64,000 nucleotides of DNA from Eledone cirrhosa. Its lineage: Eukaryota. Made by a program: the position numbers and the translations under genes. The notes beneath the pieces were generated by a model. That model saw only the letters and a list, made by a program, of their open reading frames with translations. It was not told the origin of the DNA and did no database searches. Below, in pieces: positions 56,418 to 64,000 of the stretch. The stretch's first letter is position 1; each line of letters starts with the position of its first letter. The stretch is from the NCBI GenBank assembly GCA_964016885.1, contig OZ024741.1, positions 121,892,001 to 121,956,000 on the forward strand, read 5' to 3'.

Positions 56418-57537
56418 ATTAATATTATAATGCTCAGTATTTATACTTTGAGCTTGTTAATTGCAGGGTATCTATATGAGTTAATAACTCTATATATTAT
56501 TTGTATACACACATATATTTTTTAAGATTAAAAAAGAAGACATACACAAGAAACGATTTAGTTTCACGCTTGCAGTGAGAGAAAATAATGTCTTAATGCA
56601 CCGGGCTTTAGGCTCTCATTTGGAAACAGGGAAGTTAAGAGAAAGAGGGGCTGGAAGGTTAGAATGTTTTTTTTTTTTATTAAAGAACCAGGAACAAACT
56701 CATTCCAGCTATCACGCTCAACTATCACTCATCGTATTTCGGACTGGTAGTTTGTGGTTTGTTTTCCATGGTTTATACGCCCACGTATTGACTGTCATAA
56801 CACTAGATTTGAGGTTATTTCTTCATGATGTCTCAACAGAGTGACCAACAACCGCAATCTTCGCTAAGCTATAATTTCAGTTAACTTGGGCTGATCAGGA
56901 AACGTTCATGATATACATATGTTTGGCAGTGCAAATGAGAGAACCAAATCTAAGTAGATGTGTAGTATGATATATGTACGTAGTTATAGATGTTAAGTGA
57001 CATGAAAACCATCAGTTTTGTGCTTGAACGCAATTTTCTGATGCGTTTAAATACGAAACTCCTCTCCGTCAAATCACAAGAATAGCTTCAGAGTTATTAA
57101 AAATATATAAATATATATATATACATATATACATATATACATCGATGTATATGATCTCGTTGATATGCTTACTGGCAAGAACACAAATTAAAAGTACTAG
57201 AATTTTGGGCGGAGTCGGCCCTTTCTCAAATCCATGCTAACTGACATGTACCCCCTCCTTCCACTTTCCGTTCCGTCCTGGCCTGTGTATGTGTGAACTT
57301 CTTTACTGGACTAGACTGGTTTTATGAGTTCTTGACGTGCGGATTTTTATAAGTACTGTTATGAAAATAAGGCATACAAATACTCTCACGAACACGCACA
57401 TCCATATATGCGCATGCACCCTATATATACTTACGTAACATTAGAAATCTATTTGATGAGTTATGTACTTTCGTTAACACTCTTTACTTTAAACACTTCA
57501 CTACATACATACATACATACATACACAGACACACACA

Positions 57538-57624
<87 letters not shown>

Positions 57625-57706
57625 ATATATATGTATGTGTGTGTGTTTGTGTTTGTATATGTGTATAAGTATATATATACGTATATACATCTGCATGTAT
57701 ATATGT

Positions 57707-57835
57707 GGAGGCGTGTGGCTGAATGGTTAGAGAATTGGATTCGCAATCGTGAGGTTGTGAGTTCGATTCCCGGACCGGGCGAGCGATGCGTTATGTCCTT
57801 CAGCAAGACACTTTATTTCACGTTGCTCCTTCTAC
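57707..57835 (+). mobile_element. tRNA-derived CORE-type SINE head
   Basis: GGAGGCGTGTGGCTGAATGGTTAGAG (A box), GAGTTCGATTCCC (B box), then TGTCCTTCAGCAAGACACTTTATTTCAC. Degenerate relatives near 15648, 27075 (minus) and 59165. Confidence 0.7.
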
Positions 57836-60026
57836 CTAGAGTTGCGACCGGTAGATAGTATTAGCAATTGGAAAGACCATTGGAAACATTGTTTCCTCGG
57901 TCCGGTTTGACGAAAGTCGATCGACTGTCAATGTATATATGTATATATATATATATATTATGTAATTAGGCATATGCATATAGAATACTTACAGAACACA
58001 ACACCACACACCCATATATATATATGTAATTATGGACTCTTTTAAAAACTACATATGTTAAACATTCCACCTGAAACTACAAAACGATGTCCTCAGTGTA
58101 GCTTTATGTCCAGCTTTGCATTTAAATGAAGCTATTAGCCTGTTAGACCAGTTTTACCTTACGTGATGTGCTTTAACTTTAATATCGGATTCCAAGCAAA
58201 GAATCTTAGTACTCAATGATCGAAGATTTATTCATCTCCATGCACATATGTATTAAAATATTACATAAAGATATAGTTCACCACTGTAAACAAATGTACT
58301 AAAACAAATGTACTAAACCAAATTGATAAGAGTGGTGTTGGGTTACACTACCGAGGTGTTTTAATGTGCAGCAAGTCATGCGTTTCTAGTCATCACCATT
58401 TCAGCATATTTTCAAATAATAAATTGGTACTATTATGCAAATTGTGTCTTGTTTTCTTTTGTTCACTTTTTTAAAATTATTATTGTTAGTTCTTAATCAG
58501 GAGGAAGGGAAATGTTCCTGACCCTTAAGGGGACTTTGCGAGATTGGGTTTCCAAGGGGAAGTAGGCATTTTCAAACAAATTGGATTCCACTGAAGGTAT
58601 CTAAAGAATAGCTGGTGATGTCAAAAGGGTGATCGATTTAGTTCTCAAAACAGTTTCAAAAAAATGTTGTTGTTTTCTCTAGCAGATCAAGCAAACAACC
58701 AAAGGCTGCTACGCTTGATCGTTTTCAATAATGTAGAGTGCAATTTAGTGTAATTTTGGGGGCATTTTATAAGAGGTGGGATGACCACATTCAATTGAAT
58801 GTTACAGATATTTAGGATAAAATAAACAACATTGAAGATGGAAGATCTAGGGGAAGACAACGAGGAAGATGGTTGGTTAACATCTATGAGATCTTTTGGT
58901 CTCGTTTGGGGATCCAGCCGGATCAATTGGTGCTGATTGCTTCTGACAGAATCCGCTGAAAAGAGCGTTTTAAGAAGAAGAAGAAGAAGAAGAAAAAGAA
59001 AAAGAAAAAAAGAAGAAGAAGAAAAAGAAGAAAAAGAAGAAGAAGAAGAAGAAGAAAGTGAGGAAGGAAAACCTCGTCACTAGATCAGTTTAAGGATAAC
59101 ATACCATTGCCATCGACACCTTAATTCTACAGTAAATTATTATCTCTAGACTGATATGCAACATAATCGAATGGTTAGGAAATTCGCTTCACAAGGATTA
59201 GATCTCGTGTTCGATCCCACAGCGTTGCATCATGGGTAAGAGCCATAACACCGAGTCGACTTATACCTTGTGAGTGACATGGGGTAGACAGTAACTGTTT
59301 GGAAGCCCATCGGATATACTGTACTTGAATCTACCTGAGTATACCGTTAAGGGTACACGAATGCTCAGCCACTTAACACGTTAACTTCACAAGTAGGCTG
59401 TCCTATTGATCGAACAATTGGATCACTCATCGTCGAAACAGACGGAGTTCAATTGTATATTTCTGCACTAGATTACTTTCGTGCCAATATATTCATTTTC
59501 ACTGTCTATGGCATTTTTCAGTGATTCAGAGATAATGTGAAGGATCGTTTAACGGAATTCTTGTAATAAATTAGATTTCGCTAATGACATTCAAGATCCA
59601 GGTGGTGGAGGTTCTTAAAAAAACACTGGCACTGTAGACATCAATTTCGAAATAGTCTAATCAATTTTAACCATAACTTACTTGCTCTACAACTTCGTCA
59701 GCGATATAGGTCGCGTTTAGTCATTTGTCAAATACACAACAACATCAGAGATGGCTTTCGAATAATTGTCAAACTTAGAAGAGTAGGACTCGCTATCCAC
59801 CGTACTTGCTCACAGAACTCGTCTTGCTACTAATATGAAAAATAAAATTTAAAAAAAGCAGAGAAAGTATAATACCGAAGTAAATTTTAAATATTTATTT
59901 TATTATGTTACTCTGAAGTTTCCCTCTGCTTGCTCACGAGGGAAGTAAGCAGGGGATATTCCAGAGTAACTAGACTCTCTATTTAGCATTGTTTCTGACG
60001 AACAATGGACTAGTCCCTTCTATTTC

Positions 60027-60060
60027 CCTCTGAAGAAGAGATTTTGATCTCGAAATATCA

Positions 60061-60062
<2 letters not shown>
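60027..60062 (+). ncRNA. Classic minimal hammerhead motif
   Basis: CCU-CUGAAGA-a[gagau uuug aucuc]-GAAA-UA-UC^AGG, directly followed by (CA)n. Confidence 0.72.
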
Positions 60063-60155
<93 letters not shown>

Positions 60156-61839
60156 CTCTCTCTCTCTCCCTCTCTCTCTTTCACACACACACAGATATAT
60201 TAAAATCCATTCGAAAGTTCTCTGTTTTAGACCAACTGTTTATTTTAAACGAAATGCATTCTTTCGTTCTTGTTTTTCTTTCTTTTCAGATTTATTTATT
60301 TATTTATTGATCTAATTTGAACTACCACCGCGTGGCGATCAGATTAAATTTACACAGTAGATATCACCTACTCGTTTAACTGGTGTTCTATTTTGTTCAT
60401 AAAATAAGGCGCATTTCATATAACTTCAGTTTGTTTCAGCCCACGCACTAATTTCAACCACATGTCCAACAACTTTCAAGCACGAAGACATATTAATAGT
60501 AAGCTTTAGTACAACCCTCTTCATTTCTTGTTTTCTCAACGCAATTAAGAATTTAGTTCAAACGAATACAAATTACACATAATCGCCAGAATAGTCACAC
60601 CTTTCATTTACTCATGTATACACAGATTTCTTAGAATTATTGCTATACCCCTATAATGAATGTTAATGTTGAAAATTGAGGTCACACTGGCGTCCCCATA
60701 CAAATATTCTATACATATTTAAACAGGCCGGAGAGTAAACAGTACATATATACAAGCAGCTACTCTCACTAGCAATCTTGTCGATACGAAAGTATTACTG
60801 TTGATGCTACTTTCCTACAACGAAATTTAAATGCAATATTCAAATGGGCTGAAGACAACATGTAATGTAATGCCAGAAATCCCCAAGCCTTCTGCTATCA
60901 AGACATTTAAATAAGTGAAAGATAATTTAGTCCCTTACTCTTTAAAGTGGGAATCATATCGAAGGTTAAGTCATATATAGAAAATTCTAAACCTTATAGT
61001 TTATGTACAACTGAGAACTAAGATATCCTGTTCGCTATAAGAACCTTTTCATAATTGCCACTCAGGATGTATCACATTATGCGTACATAAAGTTAATACA
61101 TAACAGCATTATTCACCGACAGGACTGCTTACAATGCAATTTCTATACATTTCTGGCTTTTTCCAATGCTAGAATTAATTAATTACCCATCTAGATTAAC
61201 ATGAGCTTAAGACAAGGAGAACATTTGGCTATTTTCTCACTTAATAGACAAACATTTTCGAAGAATATGTGCTGTCCCTAAAAACACTCATGTCTGAATG
61301 GTACTCATCTCACACTCTATGTTGAGTTTTTTCAATTGGTCGTGGAAATCTAGTGGAATTCATCCCAAAGCACGGAATGATGCATATTCTTTCTTTTCTC
61401 AATCACTACAATGCTCATATCCTACAACATCTTAACACTTTTGTTTTCTACCACAGATTCTTGTTTGTGTTGGTACCATTTATTAACAACTTCAATGCCA
61501 TACCTCTTGCGCAATATCCAATGCAGCTTAGCGCAAACCTTGTCATGCTTCCTTTTGAGTTATTTTTGTGTTAATACTTCGCAGCAGCTGACAGCACACA
61601 TCACATTCTCCACCTGAATCCCACACAATCGACTTTTGTTTGAAACATCTATTTTGTAAAATCCTCTTTTTACTGCATTGATATTTAGAGCATGCTTTTG
61701 AGCTGCTAATAGTAAGCTTTCTCTTTTCCTTTTAAAGATTCCGTTTCCTTACCATTTAATATGACTGTCACATTTTATTTGTTTACTGTATCTCTTTCAA
61801 ACTGGCCATGCAGCCTTTTTCCTCTGAAGTACCTACAAC

Positions 61840-62510
61840 CGGACCTGCCCCCAAGATAGCATACAGGGTGATGAGACCATCCTACATGTTATCGCCCGAG
61901 TATTGTAGAGTTATGTGCCTGTGTCGAACAACTACTATCGCGTGTAGTATAGATCCGGGTCTATAGAGAAAATTGAACCACCACCTTCTTTTAGAAGGAA
62001 TGCGCGGCAAGTTTTCTTCTGTCTGGTACCTATGGTGAAGGGAGCTGTATGGGGGACTCGTCTAAAAGGATTGAGGACCGGAATCTTCATCTCCTGCCAT
62101 GCCATCATCAACTTCTTCAAGTTCCATTTAAAGAGGTATGTGAGGACTGAAGAGGAGGTGCTGCCTTCTAGTGTTATTTATGAAAGTTCGCTGAGAGTGA
62201 CGTGATTTATGAGGCTGAGCAGGTCAAATCTGACTATTTTTTCTAAGCAGGAAGAAAGAAGCGCTAAAATAACAGAGGTTTTGTGTGGTATATCTGCTTG
62301 GAATTACCCTAACGTGCAGTCCCCCATTATTGGGGAACTTATCCTTGCTGACATTTGTTATAGTTTTCTATTGTTGCATATATTTATTACAATTTCTGTT
62401 ATTGTTATTTCTACTGTTTTCTCTTCAGTGATGTCTGTTTCCTCTACTTGATGTAAACCACACTCTGAATGATTGGACCTTGTAGCCAATAAAAGAAATT
62501 ATTATTATTT
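61840..62510 (+). mobile_element. Old 3' fragment of the Tx1-like family
   Basis: gtgtcgaacaactactatcgcgtgtag and aacttcttcaagttccatttaaagagg match the 13900-14150 region. Ends AATAAAAGAA-ATTATTATT. Confidence 0.7.
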
Positions 62511-62524
62511 TATTTTAAAGGGCC

Positions 62525-63483
62525 GTGGATTGGCAGTATGAGTAGAGCGTCGGACAATATGTTTTACAGCATAGAGTTACGGTCATTTATGTTCTGAGTT
62601 CGAATCCCGCCGAGGTTAGCTTTGCCTTTCATCCTTACAGGGTCAATAAATAAAGCATCAGTAATGCACTGGGGACGATTTAATCGACTTTCCCCTACTC
62701 CCAAATTACTGGCCTTGTGCCTATACTATAAATCATTATTAGGGTTCATCTTACGAACCTTTACGTTCTGAGTTCAAATCCTGCCGAAGTTAACTTTGCC
62801 TTTCATCTTTACGGGGTCGATAAAATAAAGCACCAGTAATGTACTGGTGTCGATTTAATTGACTCTCCCCTCCCCCCAAATTATTGGCCTTGTGCCGATA
62901 TAAGAAACCATCATTAGGGTTCATCTTTCCATTTCATCTGAGTGTCAATTTAACCGACTAACTCTTCCACCAAAAATATTTTGCCTTGGGCACTTATTAG
63001 AATAAACTATTATGAGAGGTGGAGGTAAGTTGTAATAGTAGTAATGTTAATGGTGGTGGTGGTAGAAGTGGTAGTAATAATGGTTTCTGATTTAGGAACA
63101 AGCCAACAGTTTTGGTGGGAGAAGAAAGTAATTTAAATCGTCTCTAGTGCATTACTGATGCTTTATTTTATCGACACCGTATGGATGAAAAAATCTAAGC
63201 TAGCCTCGGCGGGATTTGAACTCAGAGCGTATAGGGCCATAACTATAAGTTGCAAAGCATGTTGTTCGACGCTCTACCGATATGAGGTGGTTGTAATAAT
63301 TGTTTCTACTTTTGGCACAAGGCCAGCATTTACCCAGTGCATTACTGGTACTTTATTTTATCGACCCCGTAAGGATGATAGGCAAAGTTAACCTCGACGG
63401 GATTTGAACTCAGATCATAAAGGGACGTAACTATACTAGAAAGCATGGCATCCGACCCTCTACCGATACTGCCAATCCACCGA
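62525..63483. mobile_element. Cluster of four main-family SINEs (two plus, then two minus)
   Basis: About 62525-62740 (+), 62757-62915 (+, headless), 63082-63281 (-) and 63296-63483 (-). Confidence 0.8.
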
Positions 63484-63532
63484 GGTGGTTGTAATAATGC
63501 TGTAATAATAGTAGTAGCCATGGTGGGAGTGC

Positions 63533-63606
<74 letters not shown>

Positions 63607-64000
63607 TCAGCAGTAGTAGTAGTAGTAGTAGTAGCGGCTGGAACAGCAGCAGTTGTAGTATTAGTAGTAGCAGTAGTAGTGATAATAGACATGTCACGAA
63701 TAGTGTAGGTGTCACATTACAAATATTATTACTGCTGTCTTTTCTTGAATTGCAAGTTAAGGTGTGCCAAATGATAAAATATGACGTAAAAAAATGATTT
63801 AAAAAATGAAATGTAGTTGATGTATATATTTAAAGTGGTCTAGTAATACTGATGATTATGATGATGATGATGGCGATGATGGTAAATCCTCAGACGGTTT
63901 TCAGGATGAGTATTCGGTTGTTCTATCATCTGAACATCCAAGTCATTAAGTAACATGTAAGTAGTTGAGTGTTCCACATAATTGTGTGCCCTTTATATAA

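Noticed and set aside
57707-57780. Functional tRNA gene
   Set aside because: The acceptor stem does not pair well, and the sequence runs into a CORE-like SINE body.
60800-60900. CR1-like RT remnant (DATFLQRNLNAIFKWAEDN)
   Set aside because: Too short and degraded to delimit as a feature.

Overview
AT-rich, microsatellite-dense eukaryotic DNA. The repeat content looks like a coleoid cephalopod (Octopus-like) genome, which is an inference. I could not identify a host protein-coding gene. Main contents: (1) a 12-kb cluster (3.3-15.3 kb) of non-LTR retrotransposons that all sit in (TAA)n/(ATT)n runs: a young Dong/R4-like RT+RLE element, a full-length decayed Tx1/L1-like element, two 3' Tx1 fragments and a second R4-like fragment; (2) a 5-kb 13-bp satellite; (3) many copies of a tRNA-derived SINE; (4) RTE, CRE and R4 relics; (5) a Penelope-like (Naiad-like) GIY-YIG fragment. 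The most striking signal is invisible in the ORF track. Short islands between (TA)n runs carry at least 16 minimal type-I hammerhead ribozyme motifs (CUGANGA...GAAA...UH with paired helices) from about 13 sequence families. Many have unusually long helix II, and several share an atypical helix II base and a (UA)n palindromic helix III. The same islands repeatedly form asymmetric fold-backs with a 35-130 nt unpaired tail, as expected for TA-targeted Penelope-like pLTR relics. All folds and coordinates were read by eye and may be off by a few nt.
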